Source of the DNA: Acidobacteriota bacterium
GTDB taxonomy: Bacteria > Acidobacteriota > Terriglobia > Terriglobales > Acidobacteriaceae
Length of the DNA stretch: 64,000 nucleotides
Direction of reading: 5' to 3'
Assembly (NCBI GenBank): GCA_043734125.1
Contig: JAYTFR010000083.1
Location: 13,868-77,867, forward strand
In this document: positions 1-7,881 of the stretch, piece by piece
Position numbering within the stretch: the stretch's first letter is position 1
Layout of the letters: every line of letters starts with the position of its first letter
Notes under the pieces: model-generated
Database searches by the model: none
Told to the model about the DNA's origin: nothing
What the model saw: only the letters and a program-made list of their open reading frames with translations
Position numbers and translations under genes: made by a program

Positions 1-965
1 TTGGCGTTCTGGAAGAAGATTGAGGAGTAAGCCTCGGAATCAGGAGAAGACCCGTCGTATCCGGCGGCAACCAGCGTGTGTGCCTTGGCTTCTTCTTTGG
101 ATTTGCACTCGATGAAATCGACGATATCGGGATGGTCGATGTTCAGGATGACCATTTTGGCGGCGCGGCGAGTCTTTCCGCCCGACTTAATCACGCCGGC
201 GAATGCGTCAAAGCCCTTCATGAAGCTGAGGGGACCGCTGGCAGTGCCGCCGCCGCTCAGGGTTTCATTCGACGAACGCAGCGGAGAAAGGTTGGTGCCG
301 GTGCCTGATCCCCACTTGAACAGCATGCCTTCCGTCTTGGCCAGAGTAAGAATAGAGTCGAGCGAATCGTGCACCGAGTTGATGAAGCAGGCCGAGCACT
401 GCGGGCGCGTGTATCCGGTAACCCCGAATTCGACGCGGCCGACCGCCGGGTTCCAGTGCCAGCTCTGGCCATCAGAGTGGGGCTCGATGCGATCGCAGCC
501 TACATTGAACCATACCGGCGAATTGAACGCTGCGTACTGGCGAATGAGCATATGTACAAGCTCGTCGTGGAAAGTGGCGCCGTCTTCAGGAGTGCGGAAG
601 TAGCCCTGGTTCATGCCCCAGTCGCGAATGGTTTCAGCAACGCGGGTGACCAGCTGGCGGACGCCGGTTTCGCGCTGGGCAGTGCCGACCTCGCCGTGCA
701 GATACTTCGACGCCACGATGTTGGTCGCCGTCATCGACCAGTCTTTGGGGACCTCGACGTCTTTTTGCTCGAAGATGATTCCGCCCTTCGAGTCGGTGAT
801 TTGCGCCAGGCGTTTTTCCCATTCAATTTCGTCGTACGGAGAGATGCCCGCCTTGGTAAAAAATCGGCGGAAGGAGAGGCCAGAGGTCTTGGTCGACTTG
901 GAAGTTGAAGCGACGGGGTTGGAAGTGGTGGTTGCGGAAGTGGTTTGAGTCTGGATCTCGGCCAT
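1..965 (-). CDS. nrdJ: Adenosylcobalamin-dependent (class II) ribonucleotide reductase, N-terminal part (gene continues beyond left window edge)
   Basis: The minus-strand frame is open from the ATG at 965-963 to position 1. It is absent from the ORF track because no stop lies in the window. AGGAGA sits 7 nt upstream of the ATG. My translation is MAEIQTQ...FRRFFTKAGISPYDEIEWEKR...NIVASKYLHG...CSACFINSV...MLFKWGSGTGTNLSPLRSS...GGGTASGPLSFMKGFDAFAGVIKSGGKTRRAAKMVIL, which matches conserved class II RNR motifs. Confidence 0.9.
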   Translation of the reverse strand, partial: MAEIQTQTTSATTTSNPVASTSKSTKTSGLSFRRFFTKAGISPYDEIEWEKRLAQITDSKGGIIFEQKDVEVPKDWSMTATNIVASKYLHGEVGTAQRETGVRQLVTRVAETIRDWGMNQGYFRTPEDGATFHDELVHMLIRQYAAFNSPVWFNVGCDRIEPHSDGQSWHWNPAVGRVEFGVTGYTRPQCSACFINSVHDSLDSILTLAKTEGMLFKWGSGTGTNLSPLRSSNETLSGGGTASGPLSFMKGFDAFAGVIKSGGKTRRAAKMVILNIDHPDIVDFIECKSKEEAKAHTLVAAGYDGSSPDSEAYSSIFFQNA

Positions 966-1295
966 GGCTGTCTCTCCTGAAGCTGATCTATTAATTGCTG
1001 CCGGATCTGCGTCCGGTTGGTGGTGCCTCGCCAAATCTTCCAAGGCCTTTGAATCGTACGAAGACGCTCACTTCGGCACGCTTAAAAGACGTAGCCTGAC
1101 ACGAAGCTCGCGATGCCTCGCACGGCATCAGAAAGCCGAAAATCTGCGGGGACGGCTCGGAATCACCTCCGACCCAGAAGCCATCCCTTTCCCAACGATA
1201 TAGCCGTGTGGCGGAGCAAAACGGCCGTGCGCTAGTAGAACCTGATTTCCCGGTTTTTGAAGCGGCGGCTGAAAAACTATGCCTCTGGGATGACA

Positions 1296-1324
1296 ACAAT
1301 AATGCTGCATATAGGGCCTGTCAA
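1296..1324 (-). promoter_or_regulatory. Candidate sigma70-type promoter for nrdJ (TTGACA-17 nt-TATTGT)
   Basis: On the minus strand, TTGACA lies at 1324-1319 and TATTGT at 1301-1296, with a 17-nt spacer. This is the only good -35/-10 pair upstream of nrdJ. Confidence 0.45.
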
Positions 1325-1347
1325 CAACTAATCGCTATATATTGTAT
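1302..1347 (-). promoter_or_regulatory. Two NrdR-box-like palindromes flanking or overlapping the nrdJ -35 element
   Basis: Minus-strand ATACAATATATAGCGA (1347-1332) matches the NrdR consensus acaCwAtATaTwGtgt at 13/16 positions. A weaker second core, CTATATGCAG (1314-1305), has its centre 30 bp away; known tandem boxes are about 31-32 bp apart. Confidence 0.4.
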
Positions 1348-1854
1348 CGCCTTGAATCTACTGTGTGAACGTCTGGTTAATGGCTGATTTTCCACAAATG
1401 GCTGGAAATACTGGTAATTTCGTTCTTTCAGAGCGTAAATTAGCGGGTCACCCGACCGGTTGGACGCCCTACACGAAGGGCGTAGGTTCCTCGCTCGCAA
1501 AGCGTTATCGGCGGGACTCAACTCTTTGGACAACGGGCCATTTTCCCGGCTTAATTTTCTGGCTGGAATTTCTTGTGCGGTGATGTGAATGTACGCGGGC
1601 AAGAGGGGAAGGGTCAATTCTCAAAGGAGTCGGAAAGCAATTTTCCTGTGCAGAATGGGGGCGAAATCTTTCCGAGGCGGCTGTTCATGAAATCCAGCCA
1701 CCGGCAAGGGGTTTACCGGGAGGGGAGTTGCCCGAGCAGGGAATCGCTCAGTGGGCGAAAAACATTCGCCCCGTTATCCACAGGTCAAGCACAGGAGCAA
1801 TCGCAATCAGCCGTCAAGCTATCAGCAATCAGGAAACCTAGCTCTCTGGTGGAG

Positions 1855-2796
1855 TTATTCCGAGGACTGGGCGACAGGGCTGTTGTGAATGTCGAACCAA
1901 GCTATGATTCGCTGCTCGAATTCCTGCGGAGCCACTGAGATCGCGCCGCAATGGTCCGCTCCGGGAACCTTCCACAAGATGACGTTGGGGCTTCGCGACT
2001 GGATACGGAGGGAATGCCCGAGGGAAATATTGCTGTCGACAATCTCGTGAATCAGAAACACTGGAACTCGCGAATGAGCCACGGCATCCTCCGGGGAAAC
2101 CTGCGTCAGGTCCAGGTGATACCGGATCCGTGCGAATAGCAATGCGACCTCTACTACCGGGCGAAGAAGTGTTCGTCCGACCCAGGGTCCGCTGCCAACT
2201 CTTTGCCCCATGCGGTCGTAAGCGATTTCGCGGAAGGTGGAAAATGAAGATTCGGCCACAACAGCGCAGAAGTTCGGCTCGGCCGAAAGGGATTGCAAGA
2301 GTTGAGCCGCTCCCATCGACTCTCCGACCCCGTAAATGCAGCGCGCGTGAGTTGTGTGATCGAGCCACTCAAACCAGCGGCGAATGTCGTCGCGTTCGAC
2401 CAGTCCGTAGGTAGGGAGTTCGCCTCCGCTCATGCCGTGAGCGCGGGCGTCGGGCATGAGCACACCGTAGCCGTGAGCAAGTAGTATCTGCGCGTAGCCG
2501 ACAGTCCCCAGCCGATTGTCGCCGAGCCCGTGAAGCAGGATGACGGCATCGCCGTTACCGCGCGGCGGTCGGATGAACCAGGCCCGCAACGCGGCGTGGT
2601 CTTGAGCGTCAATTTCCACGTCCGCGAGTTGAGCATTCCTACCTGACGCAATCTTCTGGATCTCGGCTTCCGCTCCGGCGGGCAGAGGGCGGCGGTACGG
2701 GTGCACAGTTACATCCGCAAGGAAGACGCCTACGGCGGCGCAGAAAAGGAGATAGATCGAGACTATCCAAGCGAGAAGTCGTAGAGGGCGGAACAT
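1855..2796 (-). CDS. Alpha/beta hydrolase (membrane-anchored, serine hydrolase fold)
   Basis: 313-aa ORF with an N-terminal TM helix (LLAWIVSIYLLFCAAVGVFL). It has HGLGDN, a GESMG nucleophile elbow (GxSxG), and a C-terminal GADHCG motif supplying the catalytic His. Confidence 0.8.
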   Translation of the reverse strand: MFRPLRLLAWIVSIYLLFCAAVGVFLADVTVHPYRRPLPAGAEAEIQKIASGRNAQLADVEIDAQDHAALRAWFIRPPRGNGDAVILLHGLGDNRLGTVGYAQILLAHGYGVLMPDARAHGMSGGELPTYGLVERDDIRRWFEWLDHTTHARCIYGVGESMGAAQLLQSLSAEPNFCAVVAESSFSTFREIAYDRMGQRVGSGPWVGRTLLRPVVEVALLFARIRYHLDLTQVSPEDAVAHSRVPVFLIHEIVDSNISLGHSLRIQSRSPNVILWKVPGADHCGAISVAPQEFEQRIIAWFDIHNSPVAQSSE

Positions 2797-2917
2797 TTAT
2801 CTGGATATACGTCATGAAGGGCTGGATCGTTCAGTCCAAGATAGCCTTCGATGGTGTGCCCGAATGGAGTTTGCCCTTGTGTCCGAACCGTTCCTGAGTT
2901 AGAAAGGCGTCGTCGAG

Positions 2918-3259
2918 ATGCAGACTATGAAGTACGTGACGAATGCCCTTTCCGCAGTGAGCGCGATCTTCCTGACTGAGTTTATTCTCGCGCTCTGGTG
3001 GATGCTTCGAAACGCGAATTCGGAGAAAGCGACCGGAATAGGAGTGATTGCCTGGGGGTTTCTGGGGAGTTTCGTGTCGCCCTTGTTTTGGTTCCTGGCA
3101 ATACTGTTCTTCGTGCTCTTCTTCTACGCCAGCAAACTCCAGAGCAACGCGCTTCGCGCTTTGTTGTTCTGGACACCGACTGTCTTTTGTTCAAGCGTCG
3201 GGATTCTCTTTCTGGGAATGCTTGTCTACCTCTTTTTGCGGTTCCGACCGCCGCATTAA
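2918..3259 (+). CDS. Small integral membrane protein, unknown function
   Basis: 113-aa ORF with three or four strongly hydrophobic segments (e.g. FWFLAILFFVLFFYA). I recognise no family. Confidence 0.5.
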   Translation: MQTMKYVTNALSAVSAIFLTEFILALWWMLRNANSEKATGIGVIAWGFLGSFVSPLFWFLAILFFVLFFYASKLQSNALRALLFWTPTVFCSSVGILFLGMLVYLFLRFRPPH

Positions 3260-3383
3260 CTGCACGTAAATTCTGCGCCGCAGAGCCGAGGGCGGCTGTG
3301 CTTACGCCATTTCTTGCGGGGGCTGCGGTCCCGATGCGGTGCGGGTTGGAAAGATGCCAGAGCGAAAGCGAGTGAGGTTGAGA

Positions 3384-3403
3384 GGCGGGCAACGGCGCCC
3401 GCC
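3384..3403. terminator. GC-rich hairpin between convergent genes (possible bidirectional terminator)
   Basis: GGCGGGC-aacggc-GCCCGCC forms a 7-bp stem. It lies between the membrane-protein gene (+) and sodA (-). No strong U-tract follows on either strand. Confidence 0.35.
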
Positions 3404-3424
3404 CCGCACGTCTGTGCTGAAACG

Positions 3425-4045
3425 CTACTTGCCGGACTTGAACGCTTCGTAGCGACGGTTCACTTCGTCCCAGTTCACCACGTTCCACCATGCGGCCAGG
3501 TATTCCGGACGACGGTTGTTGTATTTCAGGTAGTAGGCGTGTTCCCAGACGTCATTGCCGAAAATGGGGTAAAGGCCTTGCGACATGGGGTTGTCCTGAT
3601 TAGGGGTACTGATGACCTGAAGTTCGCCGCCGGGCTTGCCTGCCAGCCACGCCCATCCGCTGCCGAACTGCTTGACGCCGGCATCGTTGAACTTGGTTTT
3701 GAAGTCGTTGAAACTGCCGAAAGTTTTGGTGATCGCGTCGGCGATTGGGCCGGTGGGATCGCCACCGCCTTGCGGCCTCATGATCTTCCAGAACATGGTG
3801 TGGTTCACGTGGCCGCCGCCGTTGTTACGGACGGCGCCGCGAATGTCTTCAGGCAGAGCGCTCAAATCGCGGATCAGATCTTCGGCGCTCTTCGATTGCA
3901 GCTGGGGATGTTTCTCGAGAGCAGCGTTCAGATTCTTGACGTAGGCGGCGTGATGCATGTCGTGATGCAGTTTCATCGTGGCTGCGTCGATTACCGGCTC
4001 AAGGGCCGCGTAGTCATAAGGCAAAGGGGGTAGTTCGTGCGCCAT
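3425..4045 (-). CDS. sodA: Superoxide dismutase, Mn-type
   Basis: 206 aa: [17 protein letters not shown]...[10 protein letters not shown]...[13 protein letters not shown]...STPNQDNP...[18 protein letters not shown]. The GGGH and NQD residues are typical of Mn-specific enzymes. GGAGG lies upstream of the ATG. Confidence 0.95.
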   Translation of the reverse strand: MAHELPPLPYDYAALEPVIDAATMKLHHDMHHAAYVKNLNAALEKHPQLQSKSAEDLIRDLSALPEDIRGAVRNNGGGHVNHTMFWKIMRPQGGGDPTGPIADAITKTFGSFNDFKTKFNDAGVKQFGSGWAWLAGKPGGELQVISTPNQDNPMSQGLYPIFGNDVWEHAYYLKYNNRRPEYLAAWWNVVNWDEVNRRYEAFKSGK

Positions 4046-4257
4046 TTGAATTCTTCCTCCGGGTATAAAAAGTGAGTAGTGGCTAGTGGACAGTTGTCAG
4101 CGGCCAGTCGGACCGTGGTGTCTATTGCGCGTGCAAATTACGAGTCTCGGAAGTCTGAGAACCGGCAACTGACCATGGGCGCCTGTCCACTGACCATTGT
4201 GCTCCAAGCCCGCATTCTTTGCACGGAGGACATCTGTACATGGGCGGATTCGACGCC

Positions 4258-4854
4258 CTATTTTTCGACGCGCAGAAATGTTCCGGTGGTGGCGTCCACG
4301 TCAACCACGAGCGGGGCATCGTTGCGGCTGGTGCTGTAAATCACATGCCAAATAAGTTTTCCGCCGGTGTGGTCCCAATCGAGCAGGTAGGTCACGGGTG
4401 TCTCGGGCTTTTCCTGCAAGAGTTTGTCGCCGCCGTGTTTCTTGGCGACGTCGAAGGCTGCGTCGGAGTCAACTTTCAAGAATTGGATATCGAAGTCGTT
4501 GCTGGGCGTGTAGGAATCCTGCGTTCCCGGGTTTACGCCGCGGGAAGGCGTATCAGGCGCGTCAATGCCCGACCATGAGTACGGCTTGGATGAGTGCATG
4601 GCGGCGGAGGCGAACGATCCGCTCCAAAGGACGGCCTTGCCGTCGCGACCTTTGTTGTCGCCCACTACGCCGGATTGAAGCAGGTATGGACGCGCGTCCG
4701 GCGCCCAGCCGCGAGCGGTCACATACAGCTTTTGAAACGCGCTGCGGCCGGTCAGCGACTCCGCAGCCTCGGCCTTGGGGGCTGGCGCGGGTGCCGGCGA
4801 TGTACAACCGGAGATGATTGCGAGAGAGAGCAGTATCAGCATCAGCCGCTTCAT
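4258..4854 (-). CDS. Lipoprotein with PepSY-like C-terminal repeat, unknown function
   Basis: I moved the start to the ATG at 4854 (MKRLMLILLSLAIISGC, lipobox ISGC), which has AAGGAG 5 nt upstream. The longer track ORF (to 4989) adds an Arg/Ser-rich segment that does not look like protein. Confidence 0.7.
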   Translation of the reverse strand: MKRLMLILLSLAIISGCTSPAPAPAPKAEAAESLTGRSAFQKLYVTARGWAPDARPYLLQSGVVGDNKGRDGKAVLWSGSFASAAMHSSKPYSWSGIDAPDTPSRGVNPGTQDSYTPSNDFDIQFLKVDSDAAFDVAKKHGGDKLLQEKPETPVTYLLDWDHTGGKLIWHVIYSTSRNDAPLVVDVDATTGTFLRVEK

Positions 4855-5006
4855 TAGGCTCCTTCCGGGGCTGTGAGGAAAACGCGCCACCATTCTACTA
4901 GACGGAGAGCGTCGTAACGAAGAACTCGCACCTGAAGGAAGCGGCCTCAAGAAACGGAAATGGCCAGAGCTGAGATTCACTCTGGCCATCCTTGGAACCG
5001 TTCAAG

Positions 5007-5711
5007 CTAGTTGTGTTCGGTGACGGAACTGGGCACACCAGCTCTTCGCGCCGATTCCTGCATGTCATTCAACTGGGCTTTTGCAGCGTCAACCGATTGA
5101 TGCTTTTCGGCGAGCTGCTGTTTGTAGTCGGCATCCTGTTTGGCGAAGCCGGTGGGATTTTGCGCCCGGTTGGCGGTATCGGAGTAGAACTCAGACGCTT
5201 TCACCTGGTACTCGCGCTGAAGTAGGTCGAGCTCATGCGAAAGCTTTGCAATCTTTTCATTCTGCGAGTCGAGTTTGCTTTTCCATGCGTCGTAGGCCTG
5301 TTTGCGCTCTTCCATGCTCTGGCCGGGCTTGATTTGCGGGTCGTCTTTCTTCTCGCCCTTCTTTTCGTCGGATGATCCAGACGATGATGCAGGCTGCGAG
5401 GGAGCGCTCGCGTTTTGGACTGGCTGTGAGCTTGAGCCGCCGGAATTTCCCACTACGCTTAACGAACTGGTCCTCGGAATAGTGTCGTTGTCATAGACCG
5501 TCTTCTGATTTGCAGCCGCGGACGCCTGGCCCGAAGCTGAGGGCCCGCCCTTTGATTTCCGGACCGTACGCGCGTAGTCGCCCAGTGGTTGCGGCGCACT
5601 CTGCGCGAATGCCATGCAGGCGCCGAGTAGAAGTGACGTGGCCAGGGACATCTTTGGAGCGCGATTCATAGTTGTTCGCATCATGGTCATTCGCATCATC
5701 ATTGTTGCCAT
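5007..5711 (-). CDS. Secreted coiled-coil protein with Met-rich N-terminal extension, unknown function
   Basis: Signal peptide MSLATSLLLGACMAFAQ, a Ser/Gly/Pro-rich linker, then a heptad-like C-terminal half (KLDSQNEKIAKLSHELDLLQREYQ). The start is uncertain. The ATG at 5711 has GGGAG 8 nt upstream; alternatives are 5669 and 5735. Confidence 0.6.
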   Translation of the reverse strand: MATMMMRMTMMRTTMNRAPKMSLATSLLLGACMAFAQSAPQPLGDYARTVRKSKGGPSASGQASAAANQKTVYDNDTIPRTSSLSVVGNSGGSSSQPVQNASAPSQPASSSGSSDEKKGEKKDDPQIKPGQSMEERKQAYDAWKSKLDSQNEKIAKLSHELDLLQREYQVKASEFYSDTANRAQNPTGFAKQDADYKQQLAEKHQSVDAAKAQLNDMQESARRAGVPSSVTEHN

Positions 5712-5750
5712 CGGTGTTGCTCCCATCTGTCCCAAGGGACACAGAAATTC

Positions 5751-6599
5751 TTACGCACTGGCGGCGGCTGCCTTGGTTGCGGAATGCTCCGCCAGAAATT
5801 CTCTTACGAAGGTGTCGAGACGGTCCGCCTCGGCGGCGATATCGGTCGCGAAATGGGGGGCGTTCTTGGAGTCAGCGCCGATCTTCTCCGCGCAATCCCG
5901 AATCACGGAGAGCGAGGAACGCATGTGCAGCGCCATCTCTAACGACATTTCGGACCGAAGAAGTTTGTCGCGTTGCGATAGGGCGACGGATGTTTCGTCG
6001 ACGATGACGCAGGCGAGGGCAGCCGCGTCAAGGGCCGTTGCGGAAAGTGGAATGAGCGTCAGGCCCAGATCTTTCTGTTCCCCGGCGGCGGTTTCGTAAG
6101 CAGCCTTGAAACTTGCGCGGGCGCGTTCCCGCAGGCTGTTTTTCACGGCGTCGGCCAGTCGTGTGGTCTCACCGGACTCTGGAACGGCGCCCGTTTCGCG
6201 GAACAGGTCGTCGAGACCCATTCCCAGCGGCGAGGCGAAACCAAGCAACTGACGCGCGGCTGCGTTGGCTTGCTTCACCAGCCCATTGCTTCCGATGAAC
6301 AGGACTCCGCACGGAACGCTCGCGATCACCGTGGCGGTAACGTGGTCGGAAGTTTTGGCGCGCCGCTTTTGAAGGGCGTGCTCGTTCTGCAGCTCGAATT
6401 TCTGCTGCTTCAGCTGCTGGATCACGGCAGAATAGGCGAAGGTGGTGTCGGCGGCGCCGAAGTTTTCGGGCATGAGATCGTCGTCCACAATATTTCGCCG
6501 TAATGCGCGCAGCCCGAAAATGCCGACGACGAATGCCGCCATCGACACCAATAGGCCCAGCCCCATGCGCATCACGATCGGATTGGCCAGCAATCTCAC
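5751..6599 (-). CDS. Membrane-anchored PAS + HisKA(DHp)-only sensor-like protein lacking an ATPase domain
   Basis: The GTG at 6599 overlaps the pilD stop (ATGTGA), with GGAGG 5 nt upstream. The protein has one TM helix (MRMGLGLLVSMAAFVVGIFGL), a PAS-like segment (CGVLFIGSNGLVKQANAAARQLLGF) and an H-box-like LEMALHMRSSLSVIRDCAE. It ends about 55 aa later with no N/G1/G2 boxes. The track ORF extension to 7025 overlaps pilD and was rejected. Confidence 0.65.
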   Translation of the reverse strand: MRLLANPIVMRMGLGLLVSMAAFVVGIFGLRALRRNIVDDDLMPENFGAADTTFAYSAVIQQLKQQKFELQNEHALQKRRAKTSDHVTATVIASVPCGVLFIGSNGLVKQANAAARQLLGFASPLGMGLDDLFRETGAVPESGETTRLADAVKNSLRERARASFKAAYETAAGEQKDLGLTLIPLSATALDAAALACVIVDETSVALSQRDKLLRSEMSLEMALHMRSSLSVIRDCAEKIGADSKNAPHFATDIAAEADRLDTFVREFLAEHSATKAAAASA

Positions 6600-7519
6600 A
6601 TCAGCCTCCAGTACCAGTGCATGAACTCCTGGCCAAAGAAAAACGCCAGCAGGCCCATGCTGCCTAGGAAGACGCCGAAGGGCATCTGATGGCGGCGCAA
6701 TGCAACCACCGCCGAGCCCCAGGCATGTTTTCGCGCGGCGGCAGCTGGTTCGTGGAACACGCGTTTCCGGCGCTCGGTGCGCTTGACCCAGACCACGAGC
6801 ACGGTCCACAGGCCAAAGGCGGAACCGGCGAGGGAAGCGGTCATCATAGTAAGGATGGTGAGCCGGAAACCGAGGAACGCTCCCATCATCGCCATGAGCT
6901 TTACGTCCCCGAAGCCCATGCCTTCCACGTGGCGCAAACGGTAGTAAGCTGCCCCGATGCCGTAGAGGAACGATGCGCCGATCAACGATCCGAGCGCCGC
7001 GTCGAGGAATGAAAACAACCGCCACGAAATATCAGAACTCACGGGAAGTTCCACTGCTCCCGGCAGCATCAGGGAGAGCAAATCATTCACCGGAACGAAA
7101 AAGGAAATGATCAATCCGAAGCAGAGGCCCGGCAATGTCATTCTGTCGGGCAGCAGATGCGTTTCCGCGTCGGTGAAGATGAGCCCCAGCAGAAGGAATC
7201 CGAAGACGGCGCATTTCAGCGTTGCGAGCGTCAACCCGAATTGCGCGTAGCAGGCCACGAACAACAGCCCGTTGATGATTTCAACTATGAGATATCTCGG
7301 AGTGATGCTGGCTTTGCAGTTGCGACAGCGACCGCGCAAGATCAGCCAGCTGAGAACGGGAATGTTGTCGTAAAAACGAATGGGCTTCTCGCAATGAGGA
7401 CACGCCGACCCGGGCCATACGACCGACAGGCCGCGCGGCAGGCGATAGATGCAAACGTTCAGGAAGCTACCGAACAGCAGCCCGAACCCGAAAATTCCTG
7501 CTGCGATGACAGGATCCAC
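6596..7519 (-). CDS. pilD: Prepilin peptidase / N-methyltransferase (A24 family)
   Basis: 307 aa: FGSFLNVCIYRLP, the Cys cluster CPHCEKPI...CRNC, and GFGDVKLMAMMGAFLG (catalytic Asp motif). It is polytopic. The start is GTG. Confidence 0.9.
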   Translation of the reverse strand: MDPVIAAGIFGFGLLFGSFLNVCIYRLPRGLSVVWPGSACPHCEKPIRFYDNIPVLSWLILRGRCRNCKASITPRYLIVEIINGLLFVACYAQFGLTLATLKCAVFGFLLLGLIFTDAETHLLPDRMTLPGLCFGLIISFFVPVNDLLSLMLPGAVELPVSSDISWRLFSFLDAALGSLIGASFLYGIGAAYYRLRHVEGMGFGDVKLMAMMGAFLGFRLTILTMMTASLAGSAFGLWTVLVVWVKRTERRKRVFHEPAAAARKHAWGSAVVALRRHQMPFGVFLGSMGLLAFFFGQEFMHWYWRLM

Positions 7520-7706
7520 CGATCCTCACCCTTCCCGCTAAATGCGAGTTCTTCCGGCTGATTATAAGTTGTTGGGGTGACAAGAACGGGAGTACCAAAG
7601 TCACTGGCCGGTAGGGCAGTCGCAGGTCGGCTGAAGGGGTGTAGGGGGGGCCAGCAAACCGAAAGTCAGGCGTCCTATTCGAGGCTCCAGCGTGTGGGTC
7701 GGGCAT

Positions 7707-7817
7707 CTACAACACGAATAAGCGAATCATCCACCAAACAAGGAAGACCGCGACCGCGGCCCCGGCGATGTGGATTACCCAGTCGCTAGCTGTTTTCGGT
7801 TTTCCAAAATTGAACAT
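7707..7817 (-). CDS. Possible 36-aa single-TM micro-protein
   Basis: MFNFGKPKTASDWVIHIAGAAVAVFLVWWMIRLFVL has a clean TM helix, but I see no convincing SD. The longer track ORF overlaps the peptidase gene. Confidence 0.3.
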   Translation of the reverse strand: MFNFGKPKTASDWVIHIAGAAVAVFLVWWMIRLFVL

Positions 7818-7881
7818 GGTCAATCGTAGCAGGAGCCATGTGCGAATTGTCGCGTTAGCTATCGCTCGGGTCGGCAGGCCC

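Noticed and set aside
966-1290. Possible cobalamin riboswitch in the nrdJ leader (strings GGGAAA, GGTGATTCCGAGCCGTCCCCGC, GCCACACGG...GGGAAAGG, GTCAGGCTAC).
   Set aside because: The motif-like strings are not in the canonical 5-prime to 3-prime order of RF00174, and the B12-box match is only about 9/13. Repressing a B12-dependent RNR with B12 also makes little regulatory sense. I report it only as a long leader needing a covariance-model scan.
1540-1860. Fragments resembling RNase P RNA (CCCGGCTTA at about 1546), the tmRNA 5-prime end (GGGGGCGAAAT at about 1657) and the tmRNA 3-prime end (CTCCACCA on the minus strand at about 1845).
   Set aside because: These are isolated short matches on inconsistent strands and in inconsistent order. 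The other universally conserved blocks (GAGGAAAGTCCGGGC, the tRNA-like acceptor/T-arm) are absent.
3314-4033. Long antisense or shadow ORFs opposite real genes: 3314-4033 (+), 15149-15889 (+), 26326-27240 (+), 29842-30642 (+), 38120-38851 (-), 55304-55864 (-), 56069-56746 (-), 56743-57537 (-), 57718-58467 (-), 59058-59717 (-), 35503-36186 (-).
   Set aside because: Each is fully overlapped by an opposite-strand gene with strong family motifs. Their translations are Arg/Gly/Val/His-rich with no motifs, as expected for stop-poor antisense frames in high-GC DNA.
4236-4262. Hairpin GGGCG-gattcga-CGCCC followed by TATTTTT on the plus strand, which looks like a terminator.
   Set aside because: No plus-strand gene ends upstream of it. 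On the relevant minus strand (after the lipoprotein gene) it lacks a U-tract, and the T-run is part of the lipoprotein coding sequence and stop region.
6600-7025. N-terminal 142 codons of the 424-aa track ORF 5751-7025.
   Set aside because: This part lies entirely inside pilD in another frame, and its composition is Arg/Pro/Gly-rich and unlike protein. A GTG with GGAGG at the pilD stop gives a sensible TM-PAS protein.
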